Assembly (NCBI GenBank): GCA_021796415.1
Contig: JAJYJC010000004.1
Span: 1 to 52,333, forward strand
DNA: 52,333 nt
Origin: a bacterium
GTDB lineage: Bacteria > Patescibacteriota > CPR2 > UBA1875 > JAJYID01
Reading direction: 5' to 3'
The position numbers and the translations under genes were made by a program. The notes beneath the pieces were generated by a model, which was not told the origin of the DNA, did no database searches, and saw only the letters and a list, made by a program, of their open reading frames with translations. Below, piece by piece: positions 38,247 to 47,617 of the stretch. Numbering within the stretch: position 1 is the stretch's first letter; each line of letters opens with the position of its first letter.

Positions 38247-38591
38247 TTAATTAATTCTTACTCCTTTGTATCTTATGGTTCTTGTTCTTTTTCGATACGT
38301 CGTTATTTTCTTCTTAGTTAATTTTGCGCTTTTTTCAAAGCCAAAACCACATTTCAAGCTAAGCCTGCTGATTGCAGTTGCGCTCATACCTGTTGCGATC
38401 TTTATATCAGCATATGTTGACCCTTCGCTGATCATTTTCAAAACCTTGTATCGTCTGGCAATATCGTTAATTTCTCTCGTAGTCAAAACATTGTCAAAAA
38501 TACTTCCAACTTCATCCCTATTTCTGCATTCCACTAATAAATCCATTACATCGGCAATTTCTTTATCATGCCAAATCAATCTTTTATTCAT
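38247..38591 (-). CDS. TrpR/YerC-YecD-like helix-turn-helix protein
   Basis: F...LT..E...IA.R..V..M..EG.TY.DI...TG.S.TAISR pattern; start ATG 38591 after AAGGAGG. Confidence 0.85.
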   Translation of the reverse strand: MNKRLIWHDKEIADVMDLLVECRNRDEVGSIFDNVLTTREINDIARRYKVLKMISEGSTYADIKIATGMSATAISRLSLKCGFGFEKSAKLTKKKITTYRKRTRTIRYKGVRIN

Positions 38592-38634
38592 AACACCCTC
38601 CTTCATTATTAGATATTAAATTAAATCAACCAAT

Positions 38635-38660
38635 ACTAGTCTAAACCGGTTTAGACCAGT
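38635..38660. promoter_or_regulatory. second copy of the CTAAACCGGTTTAG palindrome
   Basis: ACTAGTCTAAACCGGTTTAGACCAGT (1 mismatch), 44 bp upstream of the TrpR-like start. Confidence 0.6.
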
Positions 38661-38700
38661 GAAACAAGTAGACAGAATTTGTGGCTTAAATTTATTCAGT

Positions 38701-38734
38701 ATAAAGAGAGACTCGGGTTCGAGTCTCTCTTTAT
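38701..38734 (-). terminator. terminator after rpsJ
   Basis: Perfect 15-bp stem ATAAAGAGAGACTCG-4nt-CGAGTCTCTCTTTAT. Confidence 0.75.
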
Positions 38735-38757
38735 TACCGTATTGCCGTAAATCGGTT

Positions 38758-39078
38758 CTACATTTTGATTTCGATATTCACGCAAGATGGCAGCGAGAGA
38801 TCCATCAAGGTATCTATGGTCTTTGGTGTCGGCTCAGTAATGTCAATTAGCCTTTTATGAGTTCTCATCTCAAACTGTTCTCTGGAGTTTTTGTCAATGT
38901 TTGAGGCTCGAATCACGGTGGTTGACTTTCGCTCGGTCGGAAGAGGAATCGGTCCCTGGACCACTGCCCCGCTTCTCTCGGCCGTCTCCATAATCTGCTT
39001 AGCCGACTGATCAATTAATTTATGATCATATGACTTTAGCTTGATGCGAATTCTCTGCTTTGTTTTTTCTTCTGCCAT
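38758..39078 (-). CDS. rpsJ: 30S ribosomal protein S10
   Basis: [16 protein letters not shown] and [15 protein letters not shown] motifs. Confidence 0.98.
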   Translation of the reverse strand: MAEEKTKQRIRIKLKSYDHKLIDQSAKQIMETAERSGAVVQGPIPLPTERKSTTVIRASNIDKNSREQFEMRTHKRLIDITEPTPKTIDTLMDLSLPSCVNIEIKM

Positions 39079-39103
39079 TTGTTAATGTGCTTTTTCTTTA
39101 TTA

Positions 39104-40285
39104 TTATTTTGTAATCTTTGTTACAACACCAGCTCCAACTGTTCGGCCGCCTTCACGGATGGCAAATCTTAGACCATCTTCCAATGCGATTGGCTGGATA
39201 AGTTTGACGTTCATGTTAATTTCGTCGCCCGGCATAACCATTTCTACTTTTTCCGGAAGGATAACTTCACCGGTTACATCAGTTGTTCGGATGTAGAACT
39301 GAGGTTTGTAACCCTTGAAGAATGGGGTATGTCTGCCGCCTTCTTCTTTGGTAAGAATGTATGCTGAAGCTTCAAACTCGGTGTGAGGTGTAATAGTTCC
39401 CGGTTTTGCAAGGACTTGCCCTCTTTCGATACCGGTCTTTTCAATCCCTCGAAGAAGAAGTCCTGCATTGTCACCGGCCTGTCCTGAATCAAGTGATTTT
39501 TTGAACATTTCGATACCGGTAACGGTTGTTTTCTTGGTTGGTTTGATACCAACGATATCTACCTCGTCACCAACTTTTACAGAACCTCTCTCGATTCTTC
39601 CGGTTGCAACAGTTCCTCTGCCTTTGATGGAGAAGACGTCTTCTACCGGCATCAAGAATGGCTTGTCAATGTCTCTCTTTGGCTCGGGAATATATGAGTC
39701 AAGCGCGTCCATAAGATCCATGATCGCCTTTTCGTTGTCTGCGTCGCCTTCAAGAGCCTTCAAAGCTGAGCCTCGGACAATAGGAATATCTTTTCCCGGG
39801 AATTCGTACTTGGTCAGAAGTTCTCTGATTTCTTCCTCAACCAAGTCAAGCATCTCAGGATCGTCTACTTGGTCAACTTTGTTCATGAATACAACGATGT
39901 AAGGCACGCCAACCTGGCGAGCAAGCAAGATGTGCTCTCTGGTCTGAGGCATCGGTCCGTCAGCGGCTGAAACCACCAAAATAGCTCCGTCCATCTGCGC
40001 GGCGCCGGTGATCATGTTTTTTACATAATCAGCATGTCCCGGACAATCAACGTGGGCATAGTGCCTTTTATCTGTTTCATACTCAACATGAGCGGTAGCA
40101 ATAGTAATGCCCCTCTCTCTTTCTTCCGGAGCATTGTCGATCTGGTCAAACTTCTTTACTTCAGCTTTGCCTTGCTTGCCAAGTACTGCCAAAATAGCCG
40201 CGGTCAAAGTAGTCTTACCGTGGTCAACATGTCCGATGGTACCGACATTGATATGCGGTTTTGTTCTTTCGAATTTTTCTGCCAT
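39104..40285 (-). CDS. tuf: elongation factor Tu
   Basis: [22 protein letters not shown] and GSAL motifs, all canonical. Confidence 0.99.
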   Translation of the reverse strand: MAEKFERTKPHINVGTIGHVDHGKTTLTAAILAVLGKQGKAEVKKFDQIDNAPEERERGITIATAHVEYETDKRHYAHVDCPGHADYVKNMITGAAQMDGAILVVSAADGPMPQTREHILLARQVGVPYIVVFMNKVDQVDDPEMLDLVEEEIRELLTKYEFPGKDIPIVRGSALKALEGDADNEKAIMDLMDALDSYIPEPKRDIDKPFLMPVEDVFSIKGRGTVATGRIERGSVKVGDEVDIVGIKPTKKTTVTGIEMFKKSLDSGQAGDNAGLLLRGIEKTGIERGQVLAKPGTITPHTEFEASAYILTKEEGGRHTPFFKGYKPQFYIRTTDVTGEVILPEKVEMVMPGDEINMNVKLIQPIALEDGLRFAIREGGRTVGAGVVTKITK

Positions 40286-40375
40286 AACTTTCTCCTTGTA
40301 AATCCTTCGAGGTTTTATACGAAGAAGGACCTTTAGATTTAATTAGTTTATTATTTTTAGTCAAGTTACCGGTTT

Positions 40376-40404
40376 ATTTTACCTTAAATTTGTTTTATTT
40401 GCAA
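40376..40404 (-). promoter_or_regulatory. internal tuf promoter
   Basis: TTGCAA-17bp-TAAAAT. Confidence 0.65.
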
Positions 40405-40416
40405 CATCTTTTGAAT

Positions 40417-40470
40417 TTGGTTATTGGGAATTAAGCAGCCTATTTGCCTAATTACCCACTCGCCTATTCC
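40417..40470. repeat. family C element (fusA-tuf)
   Basis: 8-nt periodic GCCTATTT/GCCTAATT/ACCCACTC/GCCTATTC; contains the fusA stop. Confidence 0.65.
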
Positions 40471-42545
40471 CCTGACTTTCCTCGCTTTGACTTGATTTCT
40501 TCGGCCACATTGCCGGGAACTTCTTCGTAGTGGTCAAACTCCATGGAATATGCTGCTCTGCCTTGAGACATTGAGCGAAGCGTTGTGGCATAACCAAACA
40601 TTTCGGCAAGCGGCACATGGGAATCAATAATTTTGGATCCGAACTTATCCTCCATCTTCTGGATTCTTCCGCGTTTTGAGTTGATATCACCCATGACATC
40701 CCCCATGAACTCTTCCGGAGTCGTGACTTCAACGCGCATAATCGGCTCAAGGATGATCGGATTGCCTTTTTTGACACCGTCCTGAAGCGCCATAGAACCG
40801 GCGATTTTAAATGCCATTTCAGACGAATCAACCTCATGGAATGACCCGTCATAAAGAGTTGCCCGGATGTCCACCACGGGGTAACCTGCGACAACGCCAT
40901 TTGCCATTGCTTCCTTGATGCCGTTCTCGACCGGATTGATATATTCCTTCGGGATAGCGCCGCCAACGATTTTGTTTACAAATTCAAAACCTGCGCCTGA
41001 TTCAAGCGGCTCTAGCTCAAGCAAAGCGTGGCCATATTGGCCGCGGCCGCCGGATTGGCGAATGAATTTTCCTTCCGCTTTTGAAGGCGACTTAATAGTT
41101 TCGCGATAAGCCACCTGCGGTCGGCCGACATTTGCCTCAACCTTAAACTCTCTTTTCATTCTGTCTACAATAATTTCAAGGTGAAGCTCTCCCATACCTT
41201 CGATAAGGGTCTGGCCGGTTTCTTCATTTGTTTTAACCCTGAAAGTTGGGTCCTCTTCGGCAAGCCTTTGTATAGCCATGGCCATTTTTTCCTGGTCTGC
41301 TTTCGTTTTTGGTTCGATAGCAACCTGGATGACCGGCTCCGGGAAAGTAATTTTTTCGAGCACTACCGGTTTTGCCACGTCGCAAATAGTATCTCCCGTG
41401 GTTGTGCCTTTTAAACCAACTGCTGCCGCAATTTCACCGGCATAGACTTCCTTCACTTCTTCCCGGGAATTTGCGTGCATTTTCAAGATTCTGCCGATTC
41501 TTTCCTTTGAGTTTGTTGTGGCATTTAGAACATAACTTCCACTGGAAAGCTTGCCTCTGTAGACTCTAAAGAACGCCAGCTTTCCGACGAAAGGATCTGT
41601 TGCAATTTTAAATACCAGCCCCGCTAACGGCCCGTCGTCAGTTGATTTCACCTCTACCTCTTCACCAGTCTTTGGGTCTTCGCCTTTTGCCTGAGGCACT
41701 TCCATGGGATTTGGCAGATAATCGACAACTGCGTCCATGATGGTTTCGACCACCACGCCTCGGCCGTCGCCGCCAAGCACGGGATAGAAGTTTGCGCCAA
41801 GTACGCTTTTTCGGATTGCCGACTTAAACTCTGCTTCTGTAATCTCCTCGCCGCCAAGGTATTTCTCCATCAAAGCATCATCTATCTCAACTACCTTTTC
41901 CAGCAGTTTCTCTCTGTATTCTTCGGCCTTGGCTTTCATATCTTCCGGGACTTCGCCCTCTTTCAAGGTTTTGTCTGTGTAATCTTCATAGGTGTAGGCT
42001 TTCATGGAAACCAAGTCCACCGCTCCTTTTATGCCTTGCTCAAATCCAATCGGAAGTTGAAGCGCGTAAGCGTTTTTGTTAAGCCTCTGGTGAATTGATT
42101 CTAAACTCTTATAAAAATCGCCGCCTGTTTGATTGATCTTGTTTATAAAGCAAATTCTTGGGACATTATATTTATCTGCTTGCCTCCAAACTGTTTCTGA
42201 CTGAGGCTCAACGCCCATTTTCCCGTCAAATACAACAACCGCGCCGTCTAGAACGCGAAGGGATCTCTCCACTTCAACCGTAAAGTCAACATGGCCCGGA
42301 GTGTCGATAATGTTTATGTTGTGATCTTTCCAAAAGCATGTGGTAGCGGCAGAAGTGATGGTGATGCCTCGCTCTTTCTCCTGCTCCATCCAGTCCATAG
42401 TCGCTTCACCTTCGTGAACTTCGCCAATTTTGTGTGTTCTGCCGGTAATATACAAAATACCCTCGGTGACGGTTGTTTTGCCGGCATCAATGTGGGCAAT
42501 AATTCCAATATTTCTCATCTTTTCCAAACTGTATTTTCTGGGCAT
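40464..42545 (-). CDS. fusA: elongation factor G with altered G4/G5 motifs
   Basis: [26 protein letters not shown] and HEVDSS motifs; str-operon position. Confidence 0.98.
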   Translation of the reverse strand: MPRKYSLEKMRNIGIIAHIDAGKTTVTEGILYITGRTHKIGEVHEGEATMDWMEQEKERGITITSAATTCFWKDHNINIIDTPGHVDFTVEVERSLRVLDGAVVVFDGKMGVEPQSETVWRQADKYNVPRICFINKINQTGGDFYKSLESIHQRLNKNAYALQLPIGFEQGIKGAVDLVSMKAYTYEDYTDKTLKEGEVPEDMKAKAEEYREKLLEKVVEIDDALMEKYLGGEEITEAEFKSAIRKSVLGANFYPVLGGDGRGVVVETIMDAVVDYLPNPMEVPQAKGEDPKTGEEVEVKSTDDGPLAGLVFKIATDPFVGKLAFFRVYRGKLSSGSYVLNATTNSKERIGRILKMHANSREEVKEVYAGEIAAAVGLKGTTTGDTICDVAKPVVLEKITFPEPVIQVAIEPKTKADQEKMAMAIQRLAEEDPTFRVKTNEETGQTLIEGMGELHLEIIVDRMKREFKVEANVGRPQVAYRETIKSPSKAEGKFIRQSGGRGQYGHALLELEPLESGAGFEFVNKIVGGAIPKEYINPVENGIKEAMANGVVAGYPVVDIRATLYDGSFHEVDSSEMAFKIAGSMALQDGVKKGNPIILEPIMRVEVTTPEEFMGDVMGDINSKRGRIQKMEDKFGSKIIDSHVPLAEMFGYATTLRSMSQGRAAYSMEFDHYEEVPGNVAEEIKSKRGKSGE

Positions 42546-42553
42546 TTTTCTCC

Positions 42554-42640
42554 TTGGTTAATAGGTTGATGGGTTGATGGGTGAGTCGGCAAGTGAGATT
42601 TTTTTATCAACCCAATCACCTACTGACCCATTGACCCATT
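42554..42640. repeat. family C hairpin element (rpsG-fusA)
   Basis: (TGGGTTGA)n arm and (ACCCATTG)n arm. Confidence 0.8.
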
Positions 42641-43116
42641 TAGTATCTTGCAAAGTGCGCAAAAGCTTTGTTTGCTTCTGCCATTTTGTGAGTGTCTTCT
42701 TTCTTTTTAATTGCCGTCCCGGTATTGTTATACGCATCCATTATTTCTTCTGCCAAACAAATGTCAAACGGCTTGCCCTTTCTGTTTCTCGCGGCATCTC
42801 GAATCCATGTAAATGCATAATGAACTTTTCGACCTGCCTTAACTTCAATAGGCACTTGGTAAGTGGCGCCGCCGATCCTTCTGGATTTGATCTGAACTTG
42901 CGGAGAAACATTTTTTACCGCCGTTTCGAAAACTTCCAAAGGGTCGGTTTTCATCTGCTCCTGGATTTTATCCATTGCACCATAAACAAGCTTTCTGGCA
43001 ACAGACTTCTTGCCATGAAGCATGATTTTGTTCATAAATTGGGCTAGCAAAACACTGTTGTATCTTGAATCTGGCTCAATAACTTTTCTCTCGACTTTTC
43101 TGGGATCTCTTGGCAT
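42640..43116 (-). CDS. rpsG: 30S ribosomal protein S7
   Basis: GKKSVA, RRIGGATYQVP and HKMAEANKAFAH motifs. Confidence 0.98.
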   Translation of the reverse strand: MPRDPRKVERKVIEPDSRYNSVLLAQFMNKIMLHGKKSVARKLVYGAMDKIQEQMKTDPLEVFETAVKNVSPQVQIKSRRIGGATYQVPIEVKAGRKVHYAFTWIRDAARNRKGKPFDICLAEEIMDAYNNTGTAIKKKEDTHKMAEANKAFAHFARY

Positions 43117-43244
43117 GCGTCGCTATGCTCCTTTCCTACTAATTACTAATCTTAAACGAATCTACAAATATTACTTATTTCTCACGAATCTATTTGTGCT
43201 AATTTGTAACATATGTAGATTCGTCTAGGATTTGTAATCCGTTA
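43117..43244. repeat. family A hairpin element (rpsL-rpsG)
   Basis: Near-identical to the other family A copies. Confidence 0.92.
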
Positions 43245-43652
43245 TCAAGCTTTCTTTGCTCCGTATTTACTTCTTCCTTGTTTTCTGTTTTGCACACCGG
43301 CGGTGTCTAGGGCACCCCGAACGATGTGATACCTGACGCCCGGCAAATCCTTTACTCTTCCGCCTCGAATCATAACCACGCTATGCTCTTGCAGATTATG
43401 GCCGATACCCGGAATGTATGCTGTAACTTCCATACCGTTTGTAAGCCTTACTCTGGCAATTTTTCGAAGAGCTGAGTTTGGCTTTCTTGGAGTGGTAGTT
43501 GAAACCTTTACGCAAACCCCTCTTTTTTGAGGAGAGTTTACCTTAACTGTCTTCGATTTTAAGGCATTATAAGACCTGGTCAGGGCAACAGCCTTTGACT
43601 TTTTGGTTTTCTTGCTTCTTGGTTTTCTGACTAACTGGTTGATTGTTGGCAC
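43245..43652 (-). CDS. rpsL: 30S ribosomal protein S12
   Basis: [15 protein letters not shown] and [12 protein letters not shown] motifs; GTG start. Confidence 0.99.
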   Translation of the reverse strand: MPTINQLVRKPRSKKTKKSKAVALTRSYNALKSKTVKVNSPQKRGVCVKVSTTTPRKPNSALRKIARVRLTNGMEVTAYIPGIGHNLQEHSVVMIRGGRVKDLPGVRYHIVRGALDTAGVQNRKQGRSKYGAKKA

Positions 43653-43687
43653 AGTGTCCTTTTCTGGTTAAATGAATTAACCTGTTT

Positions 43688-43716
43688 ATTTTAGCACTTT
43701 TTGAAGTTAATTTCAA
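43688..43716 (-). promoter_or_regulatory. promoter of the str operon
   Basis: TTGAAA-17bp-TAAAAT with TG extension. Confidence 0.7.
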
Positions 43717-43737
43717 TATTTTTGCTTTGAATTCTTT

Positions 43738-43822
43738 AATGACTAATAACTAATATCTAATCAATGACTAATTTTTTAATTTATAATTGGGATTTCAATA
43801 GAAATTAGAAATTTTGAATTAG
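43738..43822. repeat. family D 7-nt-periodic hairpin element at the rpoC 3' end
   Basis: (ACTAAT.)n arm followed by (ATT.GAA)n arm; contains the rpoC stop. Confidence 0.6.
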
Positions 43823-46800
43823 TTATTCATATTAAATCCCGTACCGACCGGTACAAGCTTTCCGATAATAACGTTTTCTTTAAGTCCGCGCAGGTTGTCG
43901 ACTTTTCCTTTTGTTGAGGCATCTATCAGGATCCTGTTTGTTTCCATAAATGACGCTGCGGAAAGGAAGCTGTCTGTCGAGAGAGACACCTTGGTAATGG
44001 AAAGAAGCAGATTGGTTCCGGTTGCCTGCTTGCCGCCCGCCTTCTTTACTCTATCATTTTCTTCCATGAAACTTGTTCTTGAGACTATGTTTCCAGAAAC
44101 AAACATCGTGTCACCAGGCTCGTCAATCTTGAGCCGGGAAAACATCTGGCGAATAATCACCTCGATATGCTTATCGTTGATTGTCTGTCCCTGCGAAGCA
44201 TAGATCTGCTGAACCTCGGTAGTAATGTATCTCTGAACAGCGTTTTCGCCGAGAAGATTTAGGGCATCTTGTAAATTCCATGAACCTTCAGTGACCTGTT
44301 GGCCAAGAGTTACTTCCTCACCATCTTTAACCAGCACGCCGACATTGTTTGCCACGGTATACTCTTTGATGTCGGCTTCTTTTACAACAGTTAGTTTTGA
44401 TTTATCTTTTGAGATCTTTACGATGCCATTATTTACTGCTTTTATCGCCTTTCCTTTGGAATTCTTAGCCAAGACATCTTTTGCTTCAACGGCTTGATTG
44501 TTCTTGACCAATATCTCGTTGCCTTTCATATCGTATTCATCTTTGTCAACCACCATGGAGGCAATTCTTATAACTTTATGTTTGCCTTGATTTTCAATAG
44601 CTACCCGTCCGGCAATTTCGGCAAGTATTGCCTGTCCTTTCGGCGGTCTTGCTTCAAAAATTTCCTCAACTCTCGGCAAACCTTGGGTTATGTCAACACC
44701 GGATACACCGCCAGCCTGGAAGGTTCTCATGGTTAGCTGCGTGCCCGGCTCGCCAATACTTTGAGCAGCGATAATGCCGATAGCTTCACCGAGTGCGATT
44801 AAACCGCCTCGCGCCAAGTCTGCCCCGTAACATTTCTGGCATATGCCCCATCTGACCTTGCAAGTTAGGACGGATCTTATTTTTAGCTCATCTATTCCGG
44901 CTTCCTCAATCTTTCCGTAATCTTCTTCTGTCACCATGACGCCCTTCTTGACGATTACTTCCCCGGTTTTTTTGTTGACAGCGTTTTCTGCCAAAACTCT
45001 GCCGATAATTCGAGCTGAGAAGTCCTCTCCTATCTGCTGGCTTTCTTCTCTGGAAATAATCATTCCTTCCGTGTCTTTACAATCTTTTTCGGTGACAATG
45101 ACATCCTGGGAAACATCGACCAATCTTCTAGTTAAGTACCCCGCATCAGCGGTTTTGATGGCCGTATCCGACAAACCTTTTCTGGCCCCATGAGTGGAGA
45201 TGAAATATTCAAGCGCTGAGAAACCTTCTTTGTAGTTTGATTTAATGGGAAGTTCAATGGTTCGGCCGGTCGCATTTACCACATTTCCTTTCATACCGCC
45301 CAGCTGTGTCAACTGTCCGATGTCACCTCTGGCGCCCGAATCCATCATGATAAACACAGGGCTCATCCTATTCATCTCATTCATCATATCCTTCTGGATA
45401 GCACCTTTTGTCTTATCCCAAAGCTCAAGATTCCTTCGATACTTCTCATCCTCTGTAATCAAACCCTGGCTTGCCATGGCATGCAGCTTGTCCACCCGCT
45501 CTTCTGCTTCTTTGATGACATTTTCTTTGGTTGTCGGAATATGAATGTCGTCCATGGAGAACGAAATGCCGGAAAGGGTTGAGTATTTGAAGCCCAAGTC
45601 TTTAATATTATTTACAAATTTAGCTGTTTCTTCCTGACCGAATCTATCAAAGACAGATTTAATAATCTTTGCCATTTTCTTCTTGGTCAGAACTTCTTCT
45701 ACAAACGGCGTTCCTTTTGGCATAATCGCATTGAACTCAAGCCTTCCGATTGTCGTATCATAGACCTTGCCGTTTATCTTGACTTTAATTTTTGCAAGCA
45801 GATCAACATCGCCGTTTTGGTATGCCAGCATCGCTTCATCGTTGTCTGCAAATATCTTGCCTTCTCCCTTTGCTCCTTCACGGACAGAGGTCAAGAAGTA
45901 ACAGCCTAAAACCATGTCTTGGGAAGGATTCATTACCGGCTCGCCCGCCGCAGGCTTTAGAATGTTTCGAGTTGAAAGCATTATCTCCCTGGCTTCGGTT
46001 TGCGCTTTTTCTGAAAGCGGCACGTGGACAGCCATCTGGTCTCCGTCAAAGTCCGCGTTAAATGCTGTACAAACCAGCGGATGAATCTGAATGGCTTTAC
46101 CTTCTATTAAAACAGGTTGAAATGCCTGGATGCCAAGCCTATGAAGGGTCGGCGCGCGATTTAAAAGGACATATTTGTTCTTAATAATTTCATCCAGCGC
46201 ATCCCACACTTCCGATGTGCCCATTTCAATCATTTTTGAAGCATTTTTTATGTTATGGGCAAATCCATTGATTATAAGCTTGGAAATGACAAACGGCTTG
46301 AAAAGCTCAAGCGCCATCATTTTCGGCAGGCCGCACTGATGAAGCTTTAACTCCGGTCCGACAACGATCACGCTTCGGCCGGAATAGTCTACACGCTTAC
46401 CCAAAAGGTTTTGCCTGAATCGGCCATGTTTGCCTTTTAGCATGTCGGCGAGAGACCTTAACTTCTTCTTCTGTCCCGCGCCCTGCGTAACTTTTTCCCT
46501 CTTAGAGCTTGAATCGATCAAGGCATCTACGGCTTCTTGAAGCATTCTTTTTTCATTTCGGCAAATAACGCCGGGGGCATCCATCGCGAGTAACTTCTTC
46601 AAACGATTGTTTCTGTTTATAACCCTTCTGTATAGATCATTTAAATCACTTGCGGCAAATCGCCCGCCGTCAAGCTGCACCATCGGACGAAGATCGGGCG
46701 GTATGACGGGCAAATTGGTAAATATCATCCACTCAGGCCTGAGTCCGGCAAGTTTAAATCCCTCAGCCCACTTTAGTCTCTTTAGGGCTTTTTTGCGTTT

Positions 46801-47562
46801 TTGGCCATGCGAAGAATCAACTTCAGCCTTGAGCTCTTTTACAAGGCCTTCGACGTCTATTTTTTTGAGGAGCTCTAAAACCGCCTCGGCACCGATACCG
46901 GCTTTAAACAGCCTGCCGTATTTCATGGAATATTCCCTGTACTTCATTTCAGAAAGAACTGTTTTCTCCTTGAGCTCTTCCATTTCTTTCTTGGCGGCAT
47001 TGCGTGAATTCTCTAAATCTTCAATCTCCTTCTGTGCCTTTTGAGCGTCTTTCTCATTTGAAGTAATTACCTTTTTCTTCTCCTTGAATTCATCTTCAAG
47101 GGATGCAAGCATCTCTTTCTTGGCATTCTCATCGATTTCCGTGACAACATAATTTGCAAAGTAAACCACTCTTTCAAGTTCCTTGACGCCCATTTCAAGG
47201 AGAAGTCCGATTGAGCTCGGAATGCCTTTCAAAAACCAAATGTGAGTTACCGGAACAGCAAGCTTGATGTGGCCCATTCTCTCTCTTCGAACCAGACTTC
47301 TGGTAACTTCCACGCCGCACTTGTCACAGATGATGCCTTTGTAGCGGATCTTCTTGTATTTGCCGCAGTAGCACTCCCAGTCTTTTGTCGGACCGAAAAT
47401 CTTCTCGCAAAACAAACCGTCTTTTTCCGGTTTTTGAGTCCGATAGTTAATGGTTTCCGGCTTAGTAACTTCACCATGAGACCATTTCATAACCTGCTCC
47501 GGTGAAGCTATGGAGATTTTCACCGCGTTAAATGTTTGTTTCTTTTCCTCTGTCTTTTGCAT
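43819..47562 (-). CDS. rpoC: RNA polymerase beta-prime subunit
   Basis: Zinc ribbon, NADFDGDQM, bridge helix GARKGL.DTA and GLKENVIIG motifs. Confidence 0.99.
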   Translation of the reverse strand: MQKTEEKKQTFNAVKISIASPEQVMKWSHGEVTKPETINYRTQKPEKDGLFCEKIFGPTKDWECYCGKYKKIRYKGIICDKCGVEVTRSLVRRERMGHIKLAVPVTHIWFLKGIPSSIGLLLEMGVKELERVVYFANYVVTEIDENAKKEMLASLEDEFKEKKKVITSNEKDAQKAQKEIEDLENSRNAAKKEMEELKEKTVLSEMKYREYSMKYGRLFKAGIGAEAVLELLKKIDVEGLVKELKAEVDSSHGQKRKKALKRLKWAEGFKLAGLRPEWMIFTNLPVIPPDLRPMVQLDGGRFAASDLNDLYRRVINRNNRLKKLLAMDAPGVICRNEKRMLQEAVDALIDSSSKREKVTQGAGQKKKLRSLADMLKGKHGRFRQNLLGKRVDYSGRSVIVVGPELKLHQCGLPKMMALELFKPFVISKLIINGFAHNIKNASKMIEMGTSEVWDALDEIIKNKYVLLNRAPTLHRLGIQAFQPVLIEGKAIQIHPLVCTAFNADFDGDQMAVHVPLSEKAQTEAREIMLSTRNILKPAAGEPVMNPSQDMVLGCYFLTSVREGAKGEGKIFADNDEAMLAYQNGDVDLLAKIKVKINGKVYDTTIGRLEFNAIMPKGTPFVEEVLTKKKMAKIIKSVFDRFGQEETAKFVNNIKDLGFKYSTLSGISFSMDDIHIPTTKENVIKEAEERVDKLHAMASQGLITEDEKYRRNLELWDKTKGAIQKDMMNEMNRMSPVFIMMDSGARGDIGQLTQLGGMKGNVVNATGRTIELPIKSNYKEGFSALEYFISTHGARKGLSDTAIKTADAGYLTRRLVDVSQDVIVTEKDCKDTEGMIISREESQQIGEDFSARIIGRVLAENAVNKKTGEVIVKKGVMVTEEDYGKIEEAGIDELKIRSVLTCKVRWGICQKCYGADLARGGLIALGEAIGIIAAQSIGEPGTQLTMRTFQAGGVSGVDITQGLPRVEEIFEARPPKGQAILAEIAGRVAIENQGKHKVIRIASMVVDKDEYDMKGNEILVKNNQAVEAKDVLAKNSKGKAIKAVNNGIVKISKDKSKLTVVKEADIKEYTVANNVGVLVKDGEEVTLGQQVTEGSWNLQDALNLLGENAVQRYITTEVQQIYASQGQTINDKHIEVIIRQMFSRLKIDEPGDTMFVSGNIVSRTSFMEENDRVKKAGGKQATGTNLLLSITKVSLSTDSFLSAASFMETNRILIDASTKGKVDNLRGLKENVIIGKLVPVGTGFNMNN

Positions 47563-47617
47563 ATTTGTTCCCTTAAAAACTTAGCAACTTACGAACTTAG
47601 TAACTTAAAAACTAACC

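Noticed and set aside
12406-43244. CRISPR array interpretation of the repeat families
   Set aside because: Copies are dispersed singly, not tandem repeat-spacer units, and no cas genes are present
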